This document shows, piece after piece, positions 14,786 to 27,445 of a stretch of DNA of 64,000 bases. Origin of the DNA: Narcine bancroftii (Eukaryota); assembly GCF_036971445.1 (NCBI RefSeq), contig NC_091480.1, forward strand, positions 5,642,001 through 5,706,000, given 5' to 3'. The notes beneath the pieces were generated by a model that was not told where the DNA came from, ran no database searches, and saw only the letters and a list, made by a program, of their open reading frames with translations. Numbering within the stretch: position 1 is the first letter of the stretch; every line of letters begins with the position of its first letter. The translations under genes and the position numbers were made by a program.

Positions 14786-15989
14786 TTAAAGAGGGAGGAC
14801 GTGGGGTGGGGGTCGAGGAGAGAGGATGTGGGGAGGGAAGGAGAAGTGGGAGTGGGTTGGGGACGGGAGCGGTGAGAAAGAGGGGAGGGAGGAAAGGGAG
14901 GGGAAAGAGGAGAGAGATGTGGGGAGGGAGGGAGATGTGGGGCGGGAGAGAGAATGAATGGGAAAGAGGGAGGTGGAGGGATAGAGAGAGTGGGGGAGTT
15001 TGTGGAGACGGGGGAGGGAGTTAGGGGGAAGAGGGAGGGAGTTAGGGGGAAGAGGGGGGAGGGGGGAAGAGTGGGGAGGGGGGAAGAGGGGGGAGGGGGG
15101 AAGAGGGGGGAAGAGGGGGGAGGGGGGGAAGGGGGGAAGAGGGGGGGAAGGGGGGAAGAGGGGGGAGGGGGGGAAGAGGGGGGGAGGGGGGGGAGGGGGG
15201 AAGAGGGGGGGAGGGGGGAAGAGGGGGGGAGAAAGGGGGAGGGGGTGGGGAGAGGGGGATGGAGCATCATTATACAATTAAACATGCTAAATTCAATAAA
15301 AGTTCAATTAGCGTTTCTCCAACTTCCTAAGTGATGCAGCAAATCTAAAATGATCTTTATGTTCAGCTTGAAGTTGTCTGTCTTAATCCCCTTTTGTCTT
15401 ATTATCAGCCATGATATGTTTGTATGACCTTCCCATTAACCTGTTCCTTTTTCTTATATCTACCATAGTGGACAGAACTTTCACACAAGGGTTTCCAGAA
15501 ATTGTTGAAAGTTTTTCAAGATTGAAGCAGAAGCCAGCTCAGGTGCTGAAGGAAAGATGATTCAGAGATTAATGCACTGAGCAGTTGTAACTTCCACTTA
15601 TTTGTGCATTGCAAGTTGTTTCTGTATGCATTTTGTCTTCAGTATACTCTCTAATATCCTCATTACACCTTTACTTTCCAATACATAGTCAGAAAAATTC
15701 AAGATTTCAACTGTCAGGAACTGCCAGGGTGAAATGGTAGTTTCTAACCTGTCTGACCAACACCCACTTTCTGTCAATTTGCTCCAAACCCATACACACA
15801 TCTTTTCTCCTGCCTCAAGTTTTCCAAACAGGCCTCTTGTGAGACACCTGATTGAAAGAATTTCCATAGGCTACATTCCCTTTCACTATACATTATGCTG
15901 GACTGAGTTCTTGGTGCTACACGCAATATCACGATATCTTGCTCAACCATGGATCTACAATGAACATTGGAAACATAGAAAAAGAAAGA

Positions 15990-16268
15990 GGAGTAAAACA
16001 CGAAAATCTGCAGACACCGTGATTGAAGTGAAAACACAAAGCTGGAGAAACTCAGCAGGTCAAACAGTGTCCTTTATAGATTAAAAATAAAGATACAGAA
16101 CCAAAGTTTCTCGCTTGAGCTCCTCATCAAGGTATCTTGGTGATGTAGCTCTCCTACCTTGATGAAGGGCTCAAGCCCAAAGCATTGGTTCTGCACAGCA
16201 CCTTGATCTTTGCAACATAAAGTCCACTGTTTGACCTGCTGAATTTCTCCAGCATCGTGTTTTCACAA
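15990..16268. mobile_element. Palindromic Penelope pLTR-derived element; other copies at about 2228, 5075, 18562, 22775, 31270, 32640, 42375, 42865 and 57570
   Basis: Inverted arms GCTGGAGAAACTCAGCAGGTCAAACAGTG / CACTGTTTGACCTGCTGAATTTCTCCAGC. Confidence 0.75.
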
Positions 16269-18079
16269 CATGGAAAGAGAAACTGAGTTGACATTAAATG
16301 TTTTTCAAGTTGCAAAAAAAAAAATTAGGAGGAGGTATACAAAACATAAAGAAAATCTGTGAGGGCAGGATTGCTCTGGGGATAAGCAGTGCCTCAGCCA
16401 TCTTCAACTGCTTCATCAATTATCTTTATCAACAGAAATAGGTTTCTCTCCCAGTTCGATATGAAGACTTTGTTCCCCATATGACTAGACAGCGAACACT
16501 CAGACTTGGGCTGATAACCCCTCATTTTCCGTCTGAGCACCCTACAATCGGGTGGCATTAACCTCAACTCTGGTTTCCGTTAAACCCCTCCCCTCTTCTT
16601 CTTTCCCCAGCTTGCTCTGACTATCTTTCTTTCTTCCCTTTTCCCTCTATCTCCTTTCACAAAAATTTTCAGACACCTATGCCATAGGTGTTCTGTGGTT
16701 CGTACGGGATGATTTAAGATGGTATGTGAGTGGAAAGAAAAAGGTTTAGAATCATGACTGATGTATTCTTCTTTTCAAATCCTGTCTTCTCCCCATTACC
16801 ACTGACCCAGGACTGTGGTGAATTTCATTCAGGTAAAGCCAAGAGACAAGGTTGAGTAAACAGCATGTTCGTAATAACCATTTGGTATTTCCAGTGCTGA
16901 TCATTTTACCGAGCACTGTTAAAAAGCATCAAGGTATGAGAAAGCCTGCTAAAAAGAGGGAGAGATACATTTGAAGGCACTCCGAGCCAAGCATCCCAGG
17001 TGTGATTACCTCATCTGACAAATGGGATGGCCGCAGCCCTTCAGATATGGCCTGGGTTTGTAGTTTCGGGAAGGAGGCGATGAGCAGGGGAAACCACTCT
17101 TCATCACACACCAACACACAAAGCATTTGCTGCCAGTACTTTTTCAAACTCAAGAAATGCACGCAGGCATTGCTTGCCTGTTTCAACTCCAGTAAAGTTA
17201 TGGTGCTCTATTACTTCAGCAACACCTTTCTGTGCCTGCTCCCAGAATGGTCTAAAAGTCTATGAATCTCCCTTTTGAATTTACTCAATGACTAAATCTC
17301 CAGAACTATTTTGAGTACAAAACTCAAAAGATTCACAACCCTCTGAAGAATTTTTGTTCATCTACTCTATCTTGCATGGCTGACGCTTATTGTGAGACAG
17401 TGAGAATGGTTCAAACCCACATTAACTGCATTTACCATGTCAAGCCCTATTAGAATTTTGGACATTTTAATAAGATTGCCGCTCATTATTCCAAACCCAT
17501 TATAAACTGAACCCCTTCCTCAGCAGAGTGAAACACAAAAGTCTGCAGACACTCTAATTTATAGCACAGAAATGCTGGAAGAAGCCAGCAGTTCCACAGG
17601 AGGTAAAGATATATAACTGGTGTTTCTAGCCAGAGCCCTTCTTCAAGGTGTGAGTAAAAAGCAGACAGGTGTCTGAATTAAAAGGTTGGGGAGAAGGAAA
17701 GAAAGGGCAGGGGGAGGAGCACAGACGAAGAGATAAAAGGAGTTAATTGAAATATGTACAGTAAGACAGGAGAGAAGAAAAGTGAGAATTGTCTGGGGGA
17801 GGGGGTTTGGCTCTATGAATGCAGAACTTGGAGAATGGAAACAGAGGGTAAGAGAGACAGAGGAAACAAGACATATGGAAAAATTGGAGGGTAGAGGAAG
17901 GGGGGGGGGTGCTAATGGAAACCAGAGGTCGACGTAGATGCCATCTGGTTGGAGGGGGCCCAGATGGAATACAAGGATTTGTGGGTGGTCTCAGTATGGC
18001 CAGTGCAATCCTCACCATCCTATTCCAGGGATCAATCTGCTGAGCCAGCGCTTCACCCCTCCATAGCACATATACTTTT

Positions 18080-18900
18080 ACATAGAACATTACAGCACAG
18101 TACAGACCCATAATATTGTGCTGACCTTTATAAACTTACTCCACATCAGACTAATCCTTCCTTACCTTACACCCACAACCATCCATTTTTTTGCATCCAT
18201 GTACCAATATAAGAGTCTTTTGAATGTCCCTGTTGTCCAGTCTCCTCCACCACCCCAAGCAATGCATTGCCGAGGATGGCCAAGGAGATTATTGCAATAC
18301 AGTCTCTGCAGGAACTACACTCTCTGTGTAAAAAAAAACCTTCCTCTGCCATCTCCCCTAAACTTTCCTCCATTCACCTTAAACAAATGTCCTCTCATAT
18401 TTGGTACTGTTGTAAAAAGTGCTGGCTGTCCACCCTATCTAAGCCCCTCATAATCTTCTTTACTTCCTTTAAGTCACCTCTCATCTTTATTGCTCCAAAA
18501 AAAGGCCCTAGCTATGTCAAGATATCTTCTCCACCCCAGCAAAATCCTGGTAAATCTCCTCTGTAGAGAGTGAAACATGAAAGTCTACAGACGATGTGAT
18601 TGTATTCAAAACACAGAAATGCTGGAGGATCTCAGCTGGTCTCACAGCGTCCTTAGAGAAGGGCTCAGGCCCAAAATGTTGGTAATGTATCTTCACCTCG
18701 TAAGAATGGTGCAAGACTGGCTGAGTTCCTCCAGCATTTGTGTGTTTTGACAAATCTCCTCCGCACCCACTCCGAAGCATCTACCTCCTTCCTGTAATGT
18801 GGCGACCAGAAATGAACACAATTTTCCAAAGCCGGTCAAACCCTAGTTTTATGGAGCTGCAACATTACCTCATGGCTCTTGATTCCCTGATACTTGCACA
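18080..18900 (-). mobile_element. CR1 3' fragment carrying an inserted Penelope-derived hairpin
   Basis: CR1 3' tail and ORF2 remnants. Confidence 0.7.
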
Positions 18901-19264
18901 CAATATGCTAATGTGGCCTCAGCCAAACCTTATATAACTGGAGCAAAACACCTACTTTTATTCTAATTCCTCTTGCAATAATGACTAACATACCATTTGC
19001 TTTCCTGGTTCCTTGCTGACCATTGCACATTAATTTTCAATGATTCATGTACAAAGACACAGGTCCCTTTGAACATCAACGCTTTTCAATCTCTCACCAC
19101 ATAAAATACTCCTACTCTCCCAAAGTGGATGACTTAATGGTTCTTACATTATTTTCTGTCACCCTCTTTGATTCCACCTGTCAGCATGAACTGTAATCTA
19201 TCACTGTCATTGAGATGTGCAGCACAAAATCAGGCCCTTCAGCCCATTGCATAAATGCCAACCA

Positions 19265-19440
19265 TCTTTTTTTTGAGAAATTTTTGTTTTGATTTTGTTT
19301 TTTTTTAATAATTTTTTTTATTTTTCACACTATGAACCATATCAACCAAAATATGTACAAATGTTTCTCATTAAATTTACACAGTGGTCTTTTCTCCCTT
19401 TTTTTTTTCCCTTTCCCTCCCTCCCCTCTACCCACTGATT
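19265..19440 (-). mobile_element. L1 3' UTR and poly-A fragment
   Basis: Reverse complement resembles the 3' end of the 27-31 kb L1; a similar piece sits at 9400-9560 inside a Rex/Babar copy. Confidence 0.65.
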
Positions 19441-20209
19441 TTGTATTTAAGAAAAGGTGTCCTGGCATTGGAGAGGGTCCAGAGAATATTTACTAGAATT
19501 AAGATTCAAGATTCAATTAATTGTCATGTAATAAAACAGTGTCATATTACATGAAATTGCCTTTTGTCTGCTGTAAGGCAGACAGATTCGCCATCGGCAG
19601 AAATTATCTGAAGTGCCTCTTATAGTGAGAAAAGGAGAAGCAAAAGGGAGTTCTTTCAGAGCTCCGAATGCCCATGGATTTGCCCCAGCACTCCCACAGA
19701 CTCGCAGCCCAATCCAAAACCCGAGCTCCAGATCCAAACTTCTGTTATGATTAGGAACCCTTCAGTGCTGTCAGGACCCTCTCGCATCCCAGTTCCGATA
19801 TCTGGTACCCCTTCAGCCAATTTCAAGCCAGTCTCCAGCAGTCCCCAGCCTGGTGCAAGTTCCTCGACCACAGTCTCCAGCAGCCCAAAGCCTATGTGGT
19901 TCCTCACCACGAATCACCAACAGCCCACTACCTATGCGTTTCTTCAACCGCAGAACCCCTCACTGGTCCACTGCCATGGTCACCATCCTGTGGGTCATCT
20001 CCTCTGCTTCTCCTTCTCAAATGGGGTTTGTTCTCCCAGTTTTCTAGTGCCCTGTGCCAGGCCTCCGCTTCCCTGGAGTATGCAACCTCTAATTGCTGCT
20101 GCCAATCATAGGCACCACCATTTTAAGCGCAGATCCTAAGGTCGCAGGATATTAAATAAAACTACCATCAGCTCCTTTAACAGGCCATTCAAAGCCTGTA
20201 TGGAACTTA

Positions 20210-21330
20210 AATTTTATAGATATTTGGCGTAGGTTGAATCCCATAGACATGATTCTTATTCGAGAATAGATATTTTTCTGATATTAGCACAGTTACAGCA
20301 CAGAATTAATTTTGTTGAGGATAAATTCTGAATATTATGATCATTTCCCATTTTTAATAGTATGTACCATGCCTGACAAGAACTTTCACCATATAGGTGG
20401 AGGTTTAATACTATGTTGTTAAAAAAGTGGATGTTGTAAGTTTATAAAAAACAAATTCAATATTTTTTAGATATAAATTCTAATTCAGAAGGTAATAAAT
20501 TTATTAGATGGGAAGCACTTAAAGTTTATTTCAGTGGAGAAATAATAAGTTATTCAGTTAAAATTTAAAAAGGTTATATGAAAGAAACTAATTGTTAGAA
20601 TGAGATATAGGAGAATTGGAAAAAGTTGCAAAAGAAATTTTTTGAAGAGAAGAGAAAATTAATTAATAAAAAAACTTCAATGTAATACTATTCTGACATA
20701 TAGAACTGAAAATTAATTCAAAAAACAAAGCAGAAATATTATGAATTGGGAGAAAAAGCTCAAAGTTTTAGCTTGACAATTGATAACAGAGCAGGTATCT
20801 ACAACAATTAATGCAGTTAAAAACATTCGGTAATTATTACATATAAACCACAGAAATAAATGATACTTTTAAGGAATTTTATTCTCAATTATATCAATCA
20901 GAATAAATTAAAGATGAAAATAAGATTAATAAATTTTTTATCTCAAATAGATTTACCTAGCTTGAATGTTCAGGAGCAAAAAGATTTGAATTCTCCGTTT
21001 AAAGTGAAGGAGGTCATTGAGGTAATGAGTTCATTGTAAGTCGCCAGGGGAAGATGGGTTTCCTTTAGTTTTATAAAAAAATTTAAGGATCTTTTGATAC
21101 CTCCATTGAAAATATATTTTCTGACGGATTCCTTTTCAACAGCAATTATCACTGTAATATCTAAGAAAGATATCCGTTGAAACCAATTTCATTATTAAAT
21201 ATTGATTATAAGATATTGGCTAAAGTGTTAGCAAACAGATTGATAAAATATTTTCCGAAGTTAATACATATGGATCAAACGGGATTTGTCAAAAATAGGA
21301 AATCCGCAGATAATGTGGCAAAATTGATTG
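20210..21330 (+). mobile_element. Older degraded L1 ORF2 fragment
   Basis: SYSRIDIF, YYELGEKA, KPISLLNIDYKILAKVLANRL, DQTGFVKNR. Confidence 0.85.
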
Positions 21331-21514
21331 ATTGGTTTAGAATGTGGCAGCAGATTCAATGGGCCAATGGGCCTACTTCTGTTCCAATATCTTGCGATCA
21401 AGCCTATCGATACCAATCCCATATGACTGCATTAATTCCATTATCTCACCACCCACCCACCACTACCCCCAGTGTCTTCTTCATTTAGATATCCAGATGT
21501 TTCTTAAATATTAA

Positions 21515-22210
21515 GACCATAAGACATTGGAGCAGAAACAGGCCATTCAGTCTATTGAGTCTACCCTGCCATTCAATCGTGAACTGATCCATTTTCCCAC
21601 TCAGTCCCTCTGCCCAGCCTTCTCCACATAACCTTTGATGCCCTGGCTGATCAAGAACCTATCACCCAATAATCCGGCCTCCACAACCGCCTGCAGCAAC
21701 AAATTTCACATATTTACTTTCCTCTGGCTGAGAAATTTCTCCACATCTCTGTTCTAAGGGGTCACCCTTTAATCTTGAATTGTGCCCTCTTGCCAAGACT
21801 CTCCCACCATAGGAAACAACCTTTCTACATCTACTCTGTCCACATCTTTCAACATTCAAAATGTTTCATTAAGATCCTCCTCATTCTCCTAAATTCCAAT
21901 GAATACAGGTCAAACACTCCCCGTAACATCACCTTTTCATTTCTGGAATCATCCTTGTGAACCTCCTTTGAACCTCCCCAATGTCAGCACATCCTTTCTT
22001 AATTGAGGAGCCCAAAACTGCTCACAATACTCCAAGTGAGGTCTCACTAGGCCCTTATTAAGCCTCAACATCCCTGCTCTTATATTCTCTTGAATATTTG
22101 CCTTCTTCACCACCAACTCCACCTGCAAGTTTACCTTCAGGCTATCCTGCACGAGGATTCCCAGGTCCCTTTGAATCGAGGTATTTTCAATTTTCTCTCC
22201 ATTTAAAAAT
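21515..22210 (-). mobile_element. CR1 LINE 3' fragment
   Basis: LVRPHLEYCEQFWAP and RGH motifs; CR1 3' UTR. Confidence 0.85.
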
Positions 22211-22592
22211 TAGACTGCCCGTTTATTTTTCCTGCCTCCTCCACCTCCTTTGCCAGCTGATTCCTGATACCAGCTGTTCTTTGCGTGAAAAATTTTTCCC
22301 TCAGATTCCCAGTGAACCTGGATGGGTTACATTTGATCCACTCCTTCAAATAAACTGTGAATTGTTATTACCCCAGCACCAATGCTGTGGAATTCCACCA
22401 GCTACAACACTGCAATCAAGAATGGTCCAATGTTCTGTTTCAGTCGGCATTCGATCAAAACATACATTAAAAATACTAACACTCCTGGATCAGACCATCC
22501 AGCAGTCACCATGAGTAAATTAATTGTTTAATTTAATTAACCCAAATGATAACAGCTATTTCAAATGCAGCTACCAACAAGCTGATCTAGAG

Positions 22593-23251
22593 CAGCCATT
22601 CTCAACCTTTTTTCAGCTATGGCCCCCTTGACTCTGCTCAGAGTTTATGGGCCTCCTTCCCTGTGAAGCAGTTAAATGTAGTTGGTTTCTTCCATACTTT
22701 GCTCCTACCGACTACAAAAAAAATCAAAAGATCTTGAGATGAAAAGAAAACAAAGCTTTTTTTTGTTTTGTTCAGGCACCTGCCAACATTTTTCCATACC
22801 TTGATGAAGGGCTCAAGCCTGAAACATTGGTTATGTATCTTTATCTTTGCTTTATTAAATACACTGAGTGAACAGCAATGACTTTTGGAACAGAATTTCT
22901 TGTCTTGTTTATGACAATGAATTCTGATTCAGCTTTGTGCTTTTACTTCCAACTATGGTGTCTGCAAACTTTTGTGTTTACGACTGAGGCTTTTACTTGA
23001 ATGTGCTGTGGCCCCAGGAGGTGGGAGGAGGGGGAAATTGGTAGGGCCCCCAGCTGAGAATGACTGGTGTAGAGCAGTGGATCGATCTCATCCTTTTTAG
23101 TCCCCCACCCACATGCCACCTTGAGCAATCCCTTACTAACCAGAGAACACCTATGGCATAGGATGCATCGGAAGCCATAGGTGCTCTGGGGTTAGCAAGG
23201 GATTACTTGAAGAGGTATGTGAGTGGGGGAGGTGGGGGGGAAAGGCCACTG
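22593..23251. mobile_element. Two adjacent hAT-Charlie-type MITEs
   Basis: CAG...CTG TIRs; 8-bp TSD GTGTAGAG flanks 23075-23251; ATCTAGAG precedes 22593. Confidence 0.75.
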
Positions 23252-24339
23252 GTGTAGAGCATTAACATCAGAGCACAGTCTGAAATCTGGATTAAACAAA
23301 ACTATATCGTCATTAGCCTTCACATCTGCATGTCAGGCTGCATCTTTTGTATCAGAACAGTTAGGGATTAAGATAAACCATAATGAAAATCAAATGAGAA
23401 TTCTCAACGCCCTCTTTCACTGGGATAGCACGAATGTTAACAAGAGTTTAGAACAGAGGGGACTTCAGAAGTTAGTTCAACATTGCAATGAACAAAATCC
23501 CACAAAAAAAACAAATTAATCCAAAACTTCACAGGTGCTTAAACAGAATTCGATCCACTCCTATATGATATACCTTGTATTACACTGTTGCTCTCTCATT
23601 GGTAGCAGACACTCTTAGCCATTGTTGCCTTCAACTGACTGGTGAAATTTCAGCATCTCTTCTTTCTCTTCTCGCACCCCCCCCCCCCCACCGCCCATCC
23701 CTAGAAAAAAGAATTACATGGAAAAAACACATGTGTGATAAAATGCAGTTAGAGTGCATGTCCTATTCGCTAGATTTCCCTTTTTCTCTTTCTCCTTGAG
23801 CTACTGATAGTATAGAGGGACAGGAACTTCACAATGAAACATAGAGTAGAGTTTATCTTCTCCTGATGTTACCTCCATAGTTCTAATTTAATTCTAAATC
23901 GAGCAATGATCCCAGTCTCTCTTTCAATCATCTTCACCGTACAAACCACCCAGGAACCTCAACTCTCTCTTTCAGATTGATCTTCCTTTCTCCTCATTGA
24001 CTCATTGTAAAGGGCAGGGGTTGAATCTTCCCCACACCCAGGGAAACTCGTTTAGTGAGGCTGGGTAGTTCTGGTTGAATAAATAAGGTTAAGGTTTAAC
24101 AGGGAGATTTAACAGGGCATTTAAAACAAAAGGTTTTGGTTGTTTACCTACATAGAATAGGAAATTATATACTAATCAAATAAATATCAGTACAGGAATA
24201 ATAATGGAATCCCTACTAGTTTACAAGATTTAACTGAAATATGCAACATTCTTACAGGGATTTGTCATCTACAAATCCTTCAGGAAATTCAAATACGTTT
24301 CTATACCAGAGGAGAAGCAAGAGTGTGGAACTCAAAAGG

Positions 24340-24725
24340 AACCAGAAGAGATGCCTTGTTTTCCATCTGGACACTCTCCAACCAGACAGTGTCAATATTG
24401 ACTTTTCAAATTTCCATTAGTCCCCTTCCCCTGTTCTCTCTCTTTCCCTGCCCTTCAGTGTCCTTTCCCCCAATGACCCACCCCCTTCTCTTTCCTATCA
24501 TAGTTAGTTTCTCCCACTATTACTTCTACCCTGCCACCTGTATCCATCTAATGACCTGTCAGCCTGTGTTCCTCCCCCTTTCCCTTCCTCCTCTCCCTCT
24601 CCCCACCTTTTTCTGTTTTTTAACATTCCCAATGAAGGGCTCAGGCCTGAAGCGTCAACTGCCTTTTTCCTACAGATGTTGCGTGACCTGCTGAATTTCT
24701 CCAGCACTTGTGTGTATTGCCCTCG
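24340..24725 (+). mobile_element. Penelope-like element 3' remnant (GIY-YIG C-terminus plus pseudo-LTR)
   Basis: LVFHLDTLQPDSVNIDFSNF, a CT-rich tract, then ATGAAGGGCTCAGGCCTGAAG and GACCTGCTGAATTTCTCCAGCA; similar remnants at 16505-16660, 17525-18000 (minus) and 43160-43530 (minus). Confidence 0.75.
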
Positions 24726-24911
24726 ACCCCAGCTTCTGAAGACTTTCTTGTTTAAGAACATTGACAAGTGTTGTCTGGCAAGACTGTTGGGGTCTGCTAT
24801 TTACCCAGAAATATTCTAGAACCTAAGTACTAAAGCAAAGATTGGCTTCCAAAATCACTTTGGTTGACACCACACTATTGCAGTGACCCAGGTTTAAATC
24901 CTGTGTTATCT

Positions 24912-25480
24912 TGTGACTAATACGATGATAGATGGAAGTTAGTTGATATTTGGTGAAGGTTTATCTCTATAAAGTTTTTTTTCCATCTTTTTTTTCATGC
25001 TACAATTTTTTTTTTTAAGAATTGATTATTGTTTAAGAATTTTTGATAATGTTACTAACTTTACTAATTTTTTATATTAAGTTTGAGTTAAATATATGTT
25101 TCATCTTAACTCTGTTTGTTAAATATATGTATTTAAGTTTGATTTAAATATGTTTTTTAAGTCTGATATCTTAGTATTAATTACTTTTCTTTTTGTTAGT
25201 ATTTTTAATCAGTTATGTTTTTGGTTTTTTTTGTAAGTGGGTTTTTTTTTCTCACATATATTATTAACTTTATTAATTCTTCACTCTATTTTGGGGGAAA
25301 GGGGGGGTTGGACTAATTTGAGTTGGGTTATTAATGTGTAATAATTATTGGGAAGGATATAGTTTATTTAGATTACTGATATTGTATTGTAATTTTATTA
25401 TTTTATTCTTAATTTTTTTTAATGTAATCCTATATGTTATTCATGTTATAAAATCTTAAATAAAAAATCTTTAAAAAAAA
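24912..25480 (+). mobile_element. T-rich LINE 3' end with poly-A inserted into a SINE
   Basis: Poly-A tail; near-perfect TSD AAATCC(T/G)GTGTTATCT on both sides. Confidence 0.65.
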
Positions 25481-26002
25481 AAATCCGGTGTTATCTGTCT
25501 GTGTGGATTTCTTCAGAGTGCTCTGGTTTCTTCCCACCTTCAAAACATATGGGGTTTGTAGGTTAATTGGGGTATTTGGGTGGCATGGGCCAAAAGGGCC
25601 TGTTACAGTGCTGTACGTATAAATTTTAAAATGTTAATGTATCCCTATTCTTGATACCAAAAAATCTGAAGTACGGAGCCTCTTCAAATTCATCATTACT
25701 CTAAAACCTGGGAAACCACCTGATGATCCCCAAAGTCACTCTCCATTGGACCTTCTGTTCACAACCTGACCAGCTTTTCAACTGTGTAAAAGTGCCACAT
25801 AAATATATAAAACCAACCCTTTTGATTGAGCAGGTAGCATCAGAGAGAGAACATTGCCCTGAGCAGGTGAGTGCTCTCTGGCTCTCAGTGACCAATATAA
25901 ACTGGAGCTGCCTCAATGGATTATCTCTGCAATGTGAGATATCCACTGCATCCAAACCCTCAAGTTTATCACATACTGCAAGTTCATCTTAAGAAAACTT
26001 AC

Positions 26003-26160
26003 CAAATGTAAGCACTCAACAACCGACTTGCCCAGGGACTGTGTTTGCACAGCCCTTTCCAACATCTGCGTGGTGAAGAGCCCCGAAGTTGATGGATGTG
26101 AGAACACTGCTGTGGATAACAGCAGAATGCAGACAAGTGACTTGCAGCCTGTAGCCAATC
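26003..26160 (-). CDS. Putative internal exon (158 nt) of the unidentified gene
   Basis: ctcccacag| acceptor and TTG|gtaagt donor; open in frame with exon 1a and with the 46-nt exon; could instead be UTR. Confidence 0.45.
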
Positions 26161-27445
26161 CTGTGGGAGATTAATGCCAGCATTGCTCCTGACCAACAAA
26201 GAAGTGTGAAGGGCAGCTGATTCGTGAACCTCAATCAAAATGCTTGCACCGTCCTGGATAGCTCTCACGTTCAACCAAAACTGGCCGAAGGTTAAAACAA
26301 AGTCAAACCAAGAGGTAGCTACACAATGACAACTGAAAGAGTGATTAATGAAAATTCTTCAGGATCAACAGAAACAAGTTAGGAGATCAGTAATTGCATT
26401 AGCTTTAACAATACTATCCCAGCTTCTTAGCAAAGATACAAAGGAGAGCATGTGTCTATATACAGTATATAGTATGTGGTATGATGAATAGCATGTATAG
26501 TTTGTGGTACAATGGACAACATGTGTCTGTGTATGGTATATAGTGGTACGGTGGGCAACAAATCAATGTACAATATGCATGGTGTCCCCCCGAATGCAGT
26601 ACAATGGACAGATGGGCAGTGGGTCAACAGAGCCCCTTTGTTGGACAAGGTGTGGAAGGATGATATGTGGCATAGTGAGGGAATGGAGGGGTCCAGCTCT
26701 ATCCACCAGCTTCCTGTCCACAGCTCGTACACAAGTGAGGCTGATCTACATCCACACAACACACAGCACAACCAGGCATGGAGATTTTCAGGAAAATGTA
26801 GGATTATTTTATAGTCAATTTGATATTAAATACAATTTAAAACCATAATACTATTATTCCACCTTACCTTTTGCTCCTATGGTCATATCTTATTTCTAGT
26901 ACACAAAACAGCAATAAATATCCATCTTTCTCTCACTGCACTCTTCTGTACAAACTGACAGCTAAGGATTAAAGGTTATCACAGTATCTCTGAACTATAA
27001 GATCCCAGTTTTGACAATGAATGTACACATTCTGGATCTGGCCTATATTGCCCAATCAATTTTTATTTTACATCAGATCTTTGCAGTGAATTTCATCTGG
27101 ACCAGACATCAATACTTTACTGAAGCAACCACCATGACTCAACAAGATGCAGTGCGATCAGGGTTCACTCTCCAAGCCCAGATCTCTGTTGACGAGCTAA
27201 CCCTGTTTCCTCATCACTCTCCTTCTCCCAGCTCAGAAATCAAGTGGAGGATGCGAGCACCTTGCCTTCCAATTCTAGCTCCTGGCACATTCAGTAAAAA
27301 AAAAGTTCAAATTCATTGCCACATCATATCTGGTTAAGTGAAAAGGATTTGTTTTGAGAGCAGTCCAGCAATAACTGCACTTGCTGAAAAGACTGAAGCA
27401 GGCAAGGCTACCAACCACCATCATGTCAACCTTTCACAGGAGCTT

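Noticed and set aside
13804-15334. Long Pro/Gly/Arg-rich ORFs (up to 493 aa)
   Set aside because: They are by-products of stop-free G/C minisatellites; the same applies to ORFs at 59.0-59.7 kb and 61.6-63.2 kb.
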